From Setoptus koraiensis (taxonomy: Eukaryota > Animalia > Arthropoda), in NCBI GenBank assembly GCA_048013815.1, contig CM106585.1, positions 20,522,001-20,586,000 on the forward strand: 64,000 nucleotides of DNA, read 5' to 3'. Shown here one piece after another: positions 26,888 through 39,346 of this stretch; positions within the stretch are counted from its first letter, which is position 1, and each line of letters opens with the position of its first letter. The translations under genes were made by a program, and so were the position numbers. Under the pieces are notes generated by a model. The model was not told where the DNA came from and searched no databases. It saw nothing but the letters and a program-made list of their open reading frames with translations.

Positions 26888-28383
26888 ATCGCGACAGAAG
26901 GCGCGCGTCTTGGCGTCTTGCAAAAGCGTGCCAAGACGCGCGGGCCAGTTGCGCGGCTGGGGCCCGGGACCGCGCACCAGTCACCACAGTACACATACAT
27001 GTATTGGCTCTAGTACAATCGCCATAGTAGTCGCTGCAGTATAGCGGCACAGTGCCCATAGCAGAGCGTGGATAATGCGCTGGATATTCGCTGGATGTTC
27101 GCTGGATACTGGCGTCTTGGCGAGGCGGTCGCAACAGCGGCACTGATCATTAGTGTGGCGCGATAATTCCGCGGGCCATGCAATATCATGCGGCATTATG
27201 CAGTATTTTGCAGTGCGTTCTTTATAGTGTTTATAATAGCAGCACTGCTAATAGTTGTACGTGTGTAGCAGTGGCGTCGAACGAGAGGCTCGCTGTGCGC
27301 TGGCGAGCGCACAGCGAGCCAGCCTGCGGGCTGCCTATAAAGCGCCACGGAGAACAACAACAACAACAGCACACATTATTGCATTACGTATAGTCGTTGT
27401 TTCTACACGACGGGCTGCGCCAATGCTAATGCCGCTGACGCCAGCGCCAGTCTATCCGTGTCTGTAAATTCAACTTTTCTTTTTCTACTTCCACTTCTAC
27501 TTACGACGACGACGACGACGACGACGACGACGTATACGAATGGCAGCCAACGTAAGAGCTGCTGCTTGCATGTAATATATTGCAGCCGAGAAGTAGTTGT
27601 AGCAGTAGACAAACCAGTATTTATTCTGTCGCTGTCGCTGTTGTTGATGTTGCTGCGCTCGATGCGCGCAACCATCGCTAACAACGCCAACGCCAACAGC
27701 GCTATCAGTGTATGGCAGGCATAGCGTGCATGGGCTACACACATTTGATCGTTTGAGATTGCTTTGGCTGTGCTGCTGGCGCTTTAGTTGTTATTGCTGG
27801 CAGCAGTGGTGGCAGCGGCAGCACAGTCGTAGGCCAAACTTAAACCTCAACCATTATAGGCGAAACCAAAACCCGGCCCATTATAGGCGCCGAGCGCAGC
27901 CAACGAGCGGCACAGGGCAACTTTTATTTTGGAACGTTCGTCGTGTTGTGTGAGTCACAGTGTGTGAGTGTAACGCTCAGTGTGCGCTCGCTCGGGAACA
28001 GGTTCGCGCCGCTTTGTCTTACGATGGGAGGTTGGCGGAGCCCGGCTGCCACTTGTTTTATTGCATTATTGCCGCACTGGCTGTTCCGCGCCGGCACAGC
28101 AAGTGCGGCGGCAAGTCGGGAAAAATTTCTCAAGTTTGTCTCGTTCTATCCCCGCGTCTCTCTCTCACCGTGCACACTCTGTCTGCCGGCTGCAATGCAG
28201 GCAGGCCAGGCACGCCGATAATCACCGTGGCCGGGCCGTCTTGTGAGGATGAATACCAGCTCAAGTTGTTCTAGTCGTGCCTTTAAATTAACAGCAGCAA
28301 CAGCAGCAGCAGCAGCAAAGGTGAACCCTCAATCGGCTTTCAGACAGCTGGATGTGCACAGCGGCCGCCGCTAATAGAACAAG

Positions 28384-28440
28384 AATTCGTTCGTTCGTTC
28401 GTTCGTCGTTCGTCGTTCGCTCGTCGTTCGTTCGTTCGTT
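28384..28440. repeat. (TTCG/TCG)n compound microsatellite
   Basis: Mixed tetra- and trinucleotide run read directly from the sequence. Confidence 0.85.
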
Positions 28441-29181
28441 AGACGAGCGAGCCAACGTTTGCCAACTGGATGCATGGTCGGAGGGGACGAGAAGCGCACA
28501 ATTACCGGCCCAGATGGGGGACGGCAGCGCCGGCAGCAGCGGCAACGTTCGTTCGTAAATCATTGTAGAGTCATGAGTTGCGAGCGAGAGTAACACACAC
28601 ACACACACACACAAAGAAGCTGTTGTTGTTGCCTAGTTCTTTTGTCCCCCTCTCTCACTCCCCGCATCCCCTATCATGCATCGCACGATGATGATAGAGC
28701 GAACACACAAAGCACACTAGACTGCGCCGACTGCAGGCTGTCATGCTAGCACTAGCGAGCGCCATGTGACTAGCGCAGCGACATGGGAAACGTACACAGG
28801 ATAGACGCTACGAGAGGGGGGTGGGGGGACAGGCACAAGTTGTAATAATTCAAGCAGCCGGGGGAATGAAGTAGGGGTGTGCGCGCGAAAACTTGAGTAC
28901 ATTGCCAAACTAGTTGTGGGGGAGGGGAAGGCAGGGGGGGGGGCTGGAAGCAGAAAGGCAACTTATAATGGTGGGGAAACGAAAACAGAGTGGTTGTTGC
29001 TGCTGCTACGTAGGGAATGCTGTTGTTGTTTCCTCTCTTTCTATTGCCTTTCTATCGCAACTCATGCCATTCGGCTGTGTGTACGCTATCATGGCTTCAG
29101 CAGCTTCAGCTGCTTTAGCAGCGCCAGCAGCAGCGATGATAATGGTACTATGGTGAGTTTACGAGTTTCTTCCCTCTCTAC

Positions 29182-29253
29182 GGCATACAAGGCATACAAG
29201 GCACACTAGGCGTACAAGGCGTACAAGGCACACTAGGCACACTGGGCACAGCG
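29182..29253. repeat. 9-bp minisatellite GGC(A/G)(T/C)AC(A/T)A, about 8 units
   Basis: Units GGCATACAA x2, GGCACACTA, GGCGTACAA x2, GGCACACTA, GGCACACTG, GGCACAGCG. Confidence 0.85.
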
Positions 29254-31167
29254 AGCCGTACACACTATACTGTGAGTATAGTATGGCAACTAATGCCGCC
29301 ACTGGCGTCGTTAGACAGCGCAGCAACAACAACGTGAGGATGGCATCATTACAGTGGACGCACAAACAGACGAACGCACAAAGAAGCGAAGCGGATCAAA
29401 GAGAGACTCGTTTTCTCCACTGTGGCTGCTGCTGCGTCGCTGTTCCATTGGACGCTCTTATAATTCCACTGGCGCTGCTAGCCGTTGCATGCCCAGCCAG
29501 AGTGTGTGTGTGTGTGTTGGCAACCGTCGAACGAACGACGCACCACCGACGAGAGCCCCTTTTGCTGCCAGCTTTGCCCTTGTCCATCAACCGCCAAACG
29601 CACGCACGCACGCACACGCACACACAAGCGCGCCATGAGCAACTGGGCCTGTGTGTGTGTGTGTGCTGCTATCACCATAATCATCGCTATTGCCGGCCTA
29701 TAGTCGCAGGCTGCAGGCCGCGGTGGAACAGGCGAGCAAGCACAGAGTTTGAGCAGAGTTTGAGCGCTTACACAAACAGGCGCGCATAAACAAGCCCGGA
29801 CCCGGCCGATGACGGTGACGAATCGTGTGACGCCAGCAGCAGCAACATTAAAAGAGAACAAGGCTACAGATTCTGTAGTACAGAAAACGATGCATCAACT
29901 CGCTTCAGTGTGCTCGCACTATTGCTATTGCTATTGCTTGTGTTGCTGCTGCTGTTGCTATTGCTGGCAGCCTGCTATTGCTGTGTGAGCGCCACTCAGC
30001 CGAGCAGGAAAACTGGCAGGCAATTCGGCAGGATATCGTGCCAACTGGCGCGATATCAGTGTGCAGTGCGCCAATCGCCCCAGCCCAGCACTCACAGACT
30101 GTGAGTCACAGCCATCATCAGTGCATCGCAGTGCACAAATCGCCGCGCAGGCGATATATGGGTACGATCTGCGCCAATTACGATCATGACCAGTCGCGTG
30201 ACACGCAACAACCTAGCGCCGGCCTGGGCGCACCGGCACGTCTCGCCGATTCGCGCAAACGGGCGCAGCACAACTACTATATCACTGCAGTATGGCACTG
30301 TAGTATAGTACTGTAATGCCTACCCCGCAAAGCGCTACCCACAGCGCTACCCATGGCGCTACCCGGAACATGCTAATACCCGCAGTGCATGTATTATATA
30401 ATAATAATATCCTCGCTACTCTATCTAATCATGTGCCCACGGTCCTTGCTCGGTCTCTTATTTCTGCTCTCTTATCAAATTTACATTGCTGCTGCTCCCC
30501 AGCTTCTGTTGTGTGGCTCGTTTCGCGGCTCGCCCGTTCAGGGTGTCAGCGCAAAATGTGCTCAAGCTGCCCAATGCCACCCATAACACAGTGACTGCAA
30601 TTCGCAGCCCGCACCCTGTGCGCCTCGTCCTACACAAGCACCTCTGCCTTATCTCCAGTGTTTTTTGTGTATATCGGTGCTTGTGTAGCTGCTTTTTGTA
30701 CTTTTGTGTGTGCTTTTGTGTGTGTGCTTGTGTATATTTGCGCGCAAGGCCAATCTAATATTCGACTAGTTTCGCCATCGCGTACGCTTGCGAGTGCTCA
30801 ATTTGGTTTGTTTGTCTGCCCGTCTGTTTGCCCGACTGTCGTTCGTTTCTTGCTTGTCAGTTGTTGCAGTCGTGTGTGCGTTTGTCTGCGTGTGTGTGCC
30901 GTTGCATTTTCAGTTGTAGAACTACAACTATGCTAGTGTGCTGCAGTTGGCTGTGTTAGAGAGAGAGAGAGAGAACAAGTTTAGGCGCGCCATCCCACTG
31001 TTTGTGTGAGCTACAGGCCTTTGTGCATGCCTGTTTGTGCGTGCGTCCGTCTGTCTGTCTGACCGCTTATCTGTATGTGTGAGACTGGATCTGTCGTTGG
31101 TTCTATCGTTCCTCTGCTGTTGCTGTGAGCTGCTGTTGCTACCCCCACTTTTATCTCGATCTCACAT

Positions 31168-31215
<48 letters not shown>

Positions 31216-32595
31216 CTTTGTGCTTGCTTTTGAACGTTGCGAATTGTAAGCGCACACACACACACACACCAACAGAATGAGCGCCATGGCGATGACGGCA
31301 ATGACGAGCATGATGACGACATTGATGACGACGCTTGTGCAGTGTTTAGCTTACAATATACACACGCACAGACACACAAACCAACTAGAAGGTTCTAGAA
31401 TATTTGACGCACAAGCATACAAACAGACGCAAAAGTAGCATTGTGGAAGGTAGTGTTGGCGCTCGTCATTTGGTGGGTCACAATCATCATCAGTGTTGGC
31501 ATTAGTAACATCGTAAAGTAGACAGAGATACGAGCACAAAGGTTGTTTGAGGCTATATGGTGCGTAGAGAACGAAAAACGAGAATATTTCAAATATAGAG
31601 AGTAACATACTACGCACAAACAAGCGCGGCACAACTACTACTACTACACGAATGCCGATATCAGCAGAGTTGTTAGTTGTACAATTGCAAGAACAGACAC
31701 ACACATTTGCTAACTCAGTCAGTCGCTCACTCGCTCACAGACTAAACACTCACAAGCACACAACAGCATACAGTACACACACATGCAATACGCAGCATAC
31801 AGGCAGCAGCGCACAAGCAGCACACACACAGAAGATAAGAACAGAGAGAGAACACACACATATTCACATAAATCCAATCATTCGCTCTCTCGCTCAAGCT
31901 ATTATACACTAATCTGAACACACATTTCTCTATCTATTCTGTATAGTACAGCGCACACACACACACACAATATATTGCAGCATAAGCAGTGTCTACTGGC
32001 TCGCTCGCTCGCTCGATACACACACGCACACACACACAAACACAAACGCACAAGCACACACACTCATAGAGTTTAGACAGACGTACAGACGCACAAGCCA
32101 ACACCACCAGCACCAGCAGCAGCACCACTACTATTCGCTCAGTCAGTCAGTCGCTCAGCATAGGCTACAATAGCACAGTCACACAGTGCTACAGCTACTA
32201 CCATCATCATCATCGCCACTAGTAATACTATTGCTGCTTCTACAACACTACTACTACCACCACCACTACTATTACTACTACCAACCAACACCACCATAAC
32301 CAATACTACCACCACCATCACCATAGCCAACAACAACAACAACACACACTAGAGCTATAGCTGGAGCTACAGAGCCAGAGCTAGAGCTAACGTTAACACT
32401 ACAGCTACTACACTATAGCTATACTTTACTATTCTACTATTACTATACACAACAACAACAACAACAACAACGGCAACGGCATCACTATTACTACACAGTG
32501 CTACAGCTACTCTTTACACACACATATTACATACCTTCTACTACTAATATTAATATACTTTCTACTAATAATACTATCTCTACTACTGTTGTAAA

Positions 32596-33471
32596 ATGAG
32601 TCATAACGAGTATACAGAGTATCAACACCTTCAACATCCAACTATGGGTTCATTACCCATGTTCACCTCAACAGGCCTAAATCTAACGGTTATGTCACAA
32701 GGCCACCATCCTGGCCATCAGTTATTATATCCTGTTGATATACACCAAGCCCCTGGACAACAACATCAGCAACAACAATTTCAACACCAAGCCCATCATC
32801 AACAACAACAACAGCAACACCAATTAGCCGTGGCTGTTGCACATCAACAACAACAACAAGCACAACAACAACAACAACAACAGCACCATCAACCTCAACA
32901 ACACAATCAACAAGGCCAACAACATAATCAACAGCAACAACAGCAACAACAACAACCACATCAGACTAAGAAACAGAAAAAACAAAAAGTTAATAAGGAT
33001 GGCATACCTGCGCCAAAAAGGGCCACCACAGCATATATTAATTTTACACAATGGTATAGAGAGGAACTTAAAAAAACTGGACGAACGATACCTAAAATTG
33101 GAGACTTTGGTAAGGAATGCGCTGCCAAATGGAATTCTATGGGCGAAGATGATAAACAACCATTCTTAGAAACAGCGCAACGAGATCGCGATCGTTACAA
33201 ACGCGAAATGGCCATATATAAACCAGCTAGGGATTCTAATAAACCTAAAAGACCCACAACGGCATTTATGCTTTTTATGGTGGACTTCCGAAAAGAAATG
33301 GCAGGCAAAGAACCAGAAGGTGGTGTTGCCGCATTAGCCAAAGCCGGTGGAGAAAGGTGGAGGCAGATGAGCGATGATGATAAACGGCCATATGTTGAAT
33401 TGCAAGGCGAAGAAAAAATCCGTTATGAAGCCAATATGGAGGAATACCGCCGCAAAGTCTGCATCGATTGA
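32596..33471 (+). CDS. Tandem HMG-box protein with N-terminal polyQ/H (HMGB / Dsp1-like)
   Basis: Two HMG boxes (PKRATTAYINF...KWNSM...KQPF and PKRPTTAFMLF...GERWRQMSDDDKRPY) follow a Gln-rich N-terminus, the architecture of Drosophila Dsp1. Confidence 0.9.
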   Translation: MSHNEYTEYQHLQHPTMGSLPMFTSTGLNLTVMSQGHHPGHQLLYPVDIHQAPGQQHQQQQFQHQAHHQQQQQQHQLAVAVAHQQQQQAQQQQQQQHHQPQQHNQQGQQHNQQQQQQQQQPHQTKKQKKQKVNKDGIPAPKRATTAYINFTQWYREELKKTGRTIPKIGDFGKECAAKWNSMGEDDKQPFLETAQRDRDRYKREMAIYKPARDSNKPKRPTTAFMLFMVDFRKEMAGKEPEGGVAALAKAGGERWRQMSDDDKRPYVELQGEEKIRYEANMEEYRRKVCID

Positions 33472-33953
33472 TTTTGATCTTATTATACAATATAATATTA
33501 CCTACTCTTATGATTACGATTAGCATCTCATCACCAAGACGCCCCACATAAAATCAAGCACCAACTTAACCAACAACAACAACATACAGAATCTACACAT
33601 GGACTTAGGTCATGTTAGACACACATCACACCACAACAACAACAAAACAAACATTACGGAACACAATGATTATAACTATAATATATATATTATATATATA
33701 GATAGTAGTAATATATGTGTATGTACAGATAGATATATATATATATTATTACTATTTGTATACCTCGAGATCATCTTCATATTACTGTCATCATCACCGT
33801 CAACATCATCAGCAGAACCACATCACCGTCAAGAACGTGATTTAATTGCACACACTCTATTGATATGAATATATATATATATATAACTGTATATATAGGT
33901 ACATATATATATATGAATATAAAAATTACTATCTGAACAACATTCAATGCTAC

Positions 33954-33988
<35 letters not shown>

Positions 33989-34587
33989 AATATAAATATA
34001 CACGAAAGAAAAGAGGAACTCTTCGGAACCTATAGCTAAACAATGCGTCAAGTATAAAAAAGCATTGAAGTAAATTGTGTGTACAAATTAGAGTACAAAT
34101 AAAAGTTAAAAGATTGGCTCTCTTATCATAAAATACAATAATTTGCTTCCGGTGTTACCAAATATCATCACCATAACAATATAATGTTGATAATATTAAT
34201 CAAACAAACGAAACTATGATTTACCTAGGACTGTGCGGTTGACGAAATGTAGATGGCTGCTGGTCCAGCAAAAATTTATTCAAGCCTAACATCATCCTTT
34301 AGGGGAAGTTCTAACTTTTAGCATTTATGATGTAGTAGTTACATTATTAGCTTTAATTACAGATGCTATTTTTGATTACGTTTGGGATCATTTAACTTTT
34401 CATTTGTAGGGAAGAGATCCTGAACATGCTTAAAACCATTGACAGAATTATATATGGATTTCAGTGTGGATCTCACTGTGATCAGGATCTTCCAACAAAG
34501 CTTTCACTTAGATTCGATTGACTCTCATGAGAAGAACCTAGGTGCCTTTTAATCTCACGCATTCTATCATATACTCAACTCACCAAG

Positions 34588-35565
34588 ATGATTTTATACG
34601 ATGTCAGTCATTTCCTGGAATATCTTAACAGTGTGGCAAAGCAGATTAATAGACTAGTGAGTAAAAAGAGGGTTGCAAAAAGTTATCTCAATACGTCTGG
34701 AAGAAATGTTAGAAAGAAACCCTCCAACGTTCGAGGACTGATCAAGCCGTCTAAAGTATCTAATTATGTCAACAAATCTAAAGATTGCCACAAGATTTCC
34801 TATCCGACTCTGTCGCCCGATGATCAAAATAGCTACAAAAGAAAAGTGTATAATTTTGGTAATTGTTCGATCGGCAATGTCAGAGAGACTTCGACATTAC
34901 AAGATAATCCTTGTTGTGAGCAACACGAGTGTGTAAGTAAAATCACAACCAACAGTAGTCACAATCTACCAATCCTTTCAAAGAGTGGACTCTATGGAGA
35001 ACCGCTGATGCAACCACCTACTCACGTTTTCCAAGAAGCTTCAGTGGATGCACCACTTCAAACGTCTACGAAGAGCTTTCAATATTCTGATGAATCACCA
35101 TTGAGACAATATCATTCTGATGGGACTTTGCACCCCCAGCAAAGTTTTTATCATGGATTTGTTTCAACGCAACAGATAGACTATTGTCAGTGTTTCGACT
35201 GTTCAAGAGAAAACTCTATTTGCGTCAATGTAAAGGATGAGCTTTGTGACATAATCGAAGCTCAACCAAAAGACTACACTACAAGTGAAATGCACCTGCG
35301 TAATGATGCTTCTCGAGATATTCATCTATCAAAAGAGACTGGTTTTAGTCAGCTGTCGGCGGATGATGGAAGCTACAAGGCTCCGATACCGTACTCCAAC
35401 CTAGAACGCTCAGTCTGTCATGACAACTTTACGCAGAAACCTAACTGTTTTTGCTGTCAAACTAGCAAAAGTGTAACATATGATTCAACTATGCAACAAC
35501 AAGCAACACAACAATCCGTCAATTGTTATCCCGTATATTATCAAGATTTTGTATCTGGCTATTGA
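34588..35565 (+). CDS. Uncharacterised 325-aa ORF (possibly the last exon of a spliced gene)
   Basis: Long, non-repetitive open frame with no recognised domain. An in-frame candidate upstream exon begins at the acceptor ending 34409. Confidence 0.55.
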   Translation: MILYDVSHFLEYLNSVAKQINRLVSKKRVAKSYLNTSGRNVRKKPSNVRGLIKPSKVSNYVNKSKDCHKISYPTLSPDDQNSYKRKVYNFGNCSIGNVRETSTLQDNPCCEQHECVSKITTNSSHNLPILSKSGLYGEPLMQPPTHVFQEASVDAPLQTSTKSFQYSDESPLRQYHSDGTLHPQQSFYHGFVSTQQIDYCQCFDCSRENSICVNVKDELCDIIEAQPKDYTTSEMHLRNDASRDIHLSKETGFSQLSADDGSYKAPIPYSNLERSVCHDNFTQKPNCFCCQTSKSVTYDSTMQQQATQQSVNCYPVYYQDFVSGY

Positions 35566-36736
35566 TTTATACATGTATAGTTGAAACTATTGCTCTTCCC
35601 AAAAGAATAGTATCTATCGATAATTGAAAAAAATAAATTAATTGATCACAATCTAGAAGCATTAGGCTTTTAAAATCTCGTAGTCATTGAATGTTTCTCT
35701 AGTGTTTTTAGCGCGTAATCTTGGCTAGAGCTAAATATATTACTGCCGCAATTGATTTCAATTTGGGAACGCCAAGGCAGAAGTTCTAACCACAATTGAA
35801 GAATGTATAGAATTTTCCGAAGATGCAGATTACCAGAACATGTAAACGGCTTTACATGTATGTAATGTTGATTTATTGTTACACGCCCCCAACATATCGG
35901 TCCAATTATATTTGAAGACTTCCGGTGCAAAGTCTCTGCACGATAAATATCAGAAGGATTATAAAGTTTTTACGAGAGATCGAGTGTCGAAGTAATCCTG
36001 TCACTAATGATCACTGGACAACAAGTGCGAACTTCAATACGTTAGGCCCACTAGCAGGAATCTTCTTAAATTCTGAGGGGGAGCAAAGTTTCCGGCTTGA
36101 ATATCGTACCACGTCACGTTCGAAGGACCAATCTCGATTATTCGCCCCGATATGTCGAAGATAGATCATGAGTCATAAGATCCACAGTATATACGCACAC
36201 CGATCGTGTGATTAAATTTCTTCGGACCGGAAATCTGACTGAGCTACCCGAGAAATTGTTCGTGGCTGTCATATGATAGACTTTAGATATCGGCTAGAAA
36301 TTCACCGGTTGGTCACTCGTTTGAGGATCATTCCACCTCAGATAGCAGTTTATTACCATAATAACTTCAGTATTATTACTAGCAGTCGGGGACGCTTTGT
36401 TTCTTCGCGAACACGTACCATCATTGCAGTTAAGAAGGTTGTTGGTGAGTTTATATTGAAAAGCTTTCAAAGTTTATAAATTGATGCGATTATTTCCGAG
36501 AGATAACAATCTGCTTATTATAAGCAATACGATAAACGGTCGTGGTGCTCTCAACTTGAGAGTTTCAAATGTCTCAACTCCAATGCTAGCACATGCCGTT
36601 GAAAACAAGTGTTCATTATTACAGTTTATAGCAAGCAATTAGTAAAAGTGATAAGATGGCGCACATGCTGACAAAAGAATAGTAACTGCGGCCACATATA
36701 TCTCTCTTTGTGCCTTTTCTTTGTTTCAACCATCAG

Positions 36737-36743
36737 TATAAAA
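36737..36743 (+). promoter_or_regulatory. TATA box candidate for the gag-only gene
   Basis: TATAAAA, followed about 30 nt later by an Inr-like TCCAGTT (36767-36773), about 150 nt upstream of the ATG. Confidence 0.4.
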
Positions 36744-36884
36744 TAGACACTTTCAAATCAAATCAATCCAGTTCATATCTACGTTCTGATCGGACTACAT
36801 CCAGGCGCTTGAAAGATATCCATATACTTCCATTTGAATACTACTTATTCGCCAAACTATAGTCTCCCAATAAGACATTATAAA

Positions 36885-37625
36885 ATGAGCACTTCAGAAG
36901 ATAAGAGCAATTCTACAAACGGTTTAGTTCAGAATCCAGTGCAAAATACAGCGCAAAATATAGTGGAGGGTTCAGTACAAAATCCACTTGGTGTTGATGG
37001 TATTGTTTTTCAATATCCAATACCCAAGTTTTATGGAAAATATTTCGTCGTTTGGAAGGCAAGAATGAGAGCAGTGTTGACCCTCAAAGGTCTAGAAACG
37101 GTATTAGAAACAACGTTAGAGGAAGGTTCGCGCAAGGATCATTTAGCCAAGGCGATATTGCTAACTGGATTGGATGCTAAACAGGTTAGACTGGTGCTCA
37201 GTTGTAAGACATCAAAACAAATTTGGGATCGTCTGTGTTTGATCTACGAAAATAAATCAGGTTACTTCGAACTCAATCTGAGACGAGAATTCTCCAGCAT
37301 ACAATTCGGCCAAAATGAACGAATGATCAACTTCATCTCAAGAGCATTATATATAGTGGGTCAGTTGGATAGCATCGGCGCAAAAATTAGTGAAGAATCG
37401 GTGGTCTCGAAAATATTAGATAGTCTGCCCGAAGAGTATCATCAGTTAGCAATAAGTTTTGACGTGGGGAAGGATTCTGAACGAACACTAGATAATCTAA
37501 TAACCAGGTTATTGAAGCAAGAGAAAATCTTGAAGGATTCCGAAGAATCGAGATTCAAATGTTTTGAGTGTCGTCGACCGGGACACTATCGAAGAGATTG
37601 CCCAAATCGCAACAACAGTCAATAG
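36885..37625 (+). CDS. Ty1/copia-type Gag-only protein (capsid-like region + one CCHC zinc knuckle)
   Basis: PKFYGKYFVVWKARMRAVL, AKAILLTGL, KTSKQIWDRL and KILDSLPEEY motifs, then CFECRRPGHYRRDC and a stop 7 residues later. ATG is in an AAAATG context. No pol follows. Confidence 0.88.
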   Translation: MSTSEDKSNSTNGLVQNPVQNTAQNIVEGSVQNPLGVDGIVFQYPIPKFYGKYFVVWKARMRAVLTLKGLETVLETTLEEGSRKDHLAKAILLTGLDAKQVRLVLSCKTSKQIWDRLCLIYENKSGYFELNLRREFSSIQFGQNERMINFISRALYIVGQLDSIGAKISEESVVSKILDSLPEEYHQLAISFDVGKDSERTLDNLITRLLKQEKILKDSEESRFKCFECRRPGHYRRDCPNRNNSQ

Positions 37626-38349
37626 AAATCTTCGAAAGATCAAATTTTATACAACTCTGATAAGAAATTTGACGAACGAAAATGATTGCGATTGGCAAAT
37701 CAAAATAAAGATTGTCACATCAAATTAGTATCTCCCTTAAACCAAGAACCACCTGCTTGTTTGTAGAAACACTTTCATCGTGTATCTCTTTGGCAAGACA
37801 GAGTCATTATTTTTCTAAGGTGAGAAGAACCAGATAAATAAAGTTTCTGTTGTCCAGGCAACCCAAAGTTACTTGTTGAGCTGCTACCCGAGCAATTAAT
37901 CATGATTACCTAGTATTATCCTGACGAACAATTAACATTTAACAGACACAGAAGGTGCATGAAGGTATACAATGTATTTGCGACATCAACAACACCGCAA
38001 TAATGAAGGAGGATACTACGTCATTGTTCGTACATCGAGCTAATAAATAGTTTTATATGTGTATACTCTATGTTTTATTTCAGCTTCTTTTTTTTTAGTA
38101 AAAAAATGATAAAACACCTACCACAGCCAGTGTGTTATTACATATCATAACCAATTATAATGCTATCTATTATCTATGTTTACCATGGATAGATGTGGCC
38201 GAGCCATCTATGATATATTTGTGGTATATGACCTCCCACCATATCTGATCAAGATCACAACTATGTTCATCCTCAAATTCCCTTGCCTAGATATATAATC
38301 ACCAAATAATGAAGCAGGGATGATTTTTTTATTTATTTATAAGCTACAT

Positions 38350-38352
<3 letters not shown>

Positions 38353-38409
<57 letters not shown>
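38353..38409. repeat. (TA)n microsatellite
   Basis: Long perfect AT dinucleotide run. Confidence 0.95.
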
Positions 38410-38410
<1 letters not shown>

Positions 38411-39346
38411 CGCTGATAAATCGCTCAATGTGGATGTGGATGGATATGTCTAAATATAAATCGAGCTCGAGGTGACTAATTATCACTAAACTTGTGATTG
38501 GTTTTTACTACTAGGTTTTTTGCATGCAATGATGTCACACAAAGTCCTTTTTCAAATTGCTGGAGCTTTATGTTCAACAAGGTACCTGTTGTTATCGCAA
38601 CAATAGCTTCGATTTCTCAAATCAGCTTCTTTCCTCTTTTGATTTGCGTAAATCGTCGCCATTTATTTACCTGTAGATCGGACTCTTTATTAATGCCATA
38701 AAGCGGTTAGTTTATTGTTGCACGCAGCATTCAAGAGATGGATCAATTGGGACATCTCTTTATCCATGTTGAATACTATTACAAATAATCATAATAATTA
38801 TAATAATAGCAAATGAACATCGCACATCGCCCACCAAGTAACAACACGTAGTTTAACAAACTGAGATCATTTGATCTTCTTACAAGAACAACAACTAAGA
38901 TTCCGATCGATAAACGTAAAATTATCCACATTTAAATGTGTCGTTATCACAAAACATAATCTCCATCTATTAAGATTCCCCTACTACAATACATATCACT
39001 ATGGCTTGTCGCAAAATTAGTGTCCATCAGATCAACAGTGAGTGGGTTAAGTTTTGATTCGACCGGATTAATCTTGTGTTGATTTCGTCTCTTACATAAC
39101 TCTAGGAATAATAATCCTAACATCAATCCAAACGTATTGTTGTCTTGTCATTATAACACAGAAATCGTCATCTATAACACAATAATATTAGGTAAGTTGT
39201 TGCAATTGATTATTCACTAATGATAGTAGTCTCAAACGATCACTTAAACGCACATCTTTAAATAATCACGCAATCAAGAGAGAATCACCATCGATCTATC
39301 TTGTCTTAACACCACTCACTCTTGCAGTCAACTTTCTAATCTCTAG

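Noticed and set aside
23800-32500. Dozens of short overlapping ORFs (poly-Q/T/V/C)
   Set aside because: They arise from microsatellites and stop-poor GC-rich sequence, occur in several frames on both strands, and show no recognisable domain.
34519-34530. Selenocysteine or stop read-through at two in-frame TGAs
   Set aside because: No SECIS or selenoprotein motif was recognised. A small intron or gene decay is simpler.
35640-36480. Degenerate pol upstream of the gag
   Set aside because: The sequence is coding-like with stops, but I found no protease, integrase, RT or RNase H motif in frames read by hand, and it lies on the wrong side of gag.
38862-38872. bantam miRNA-like sequence TGAGATCATTT
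   Set aside because: Only about 11 nt match, the 3' half diverges, and no precursor hairpin is evident.
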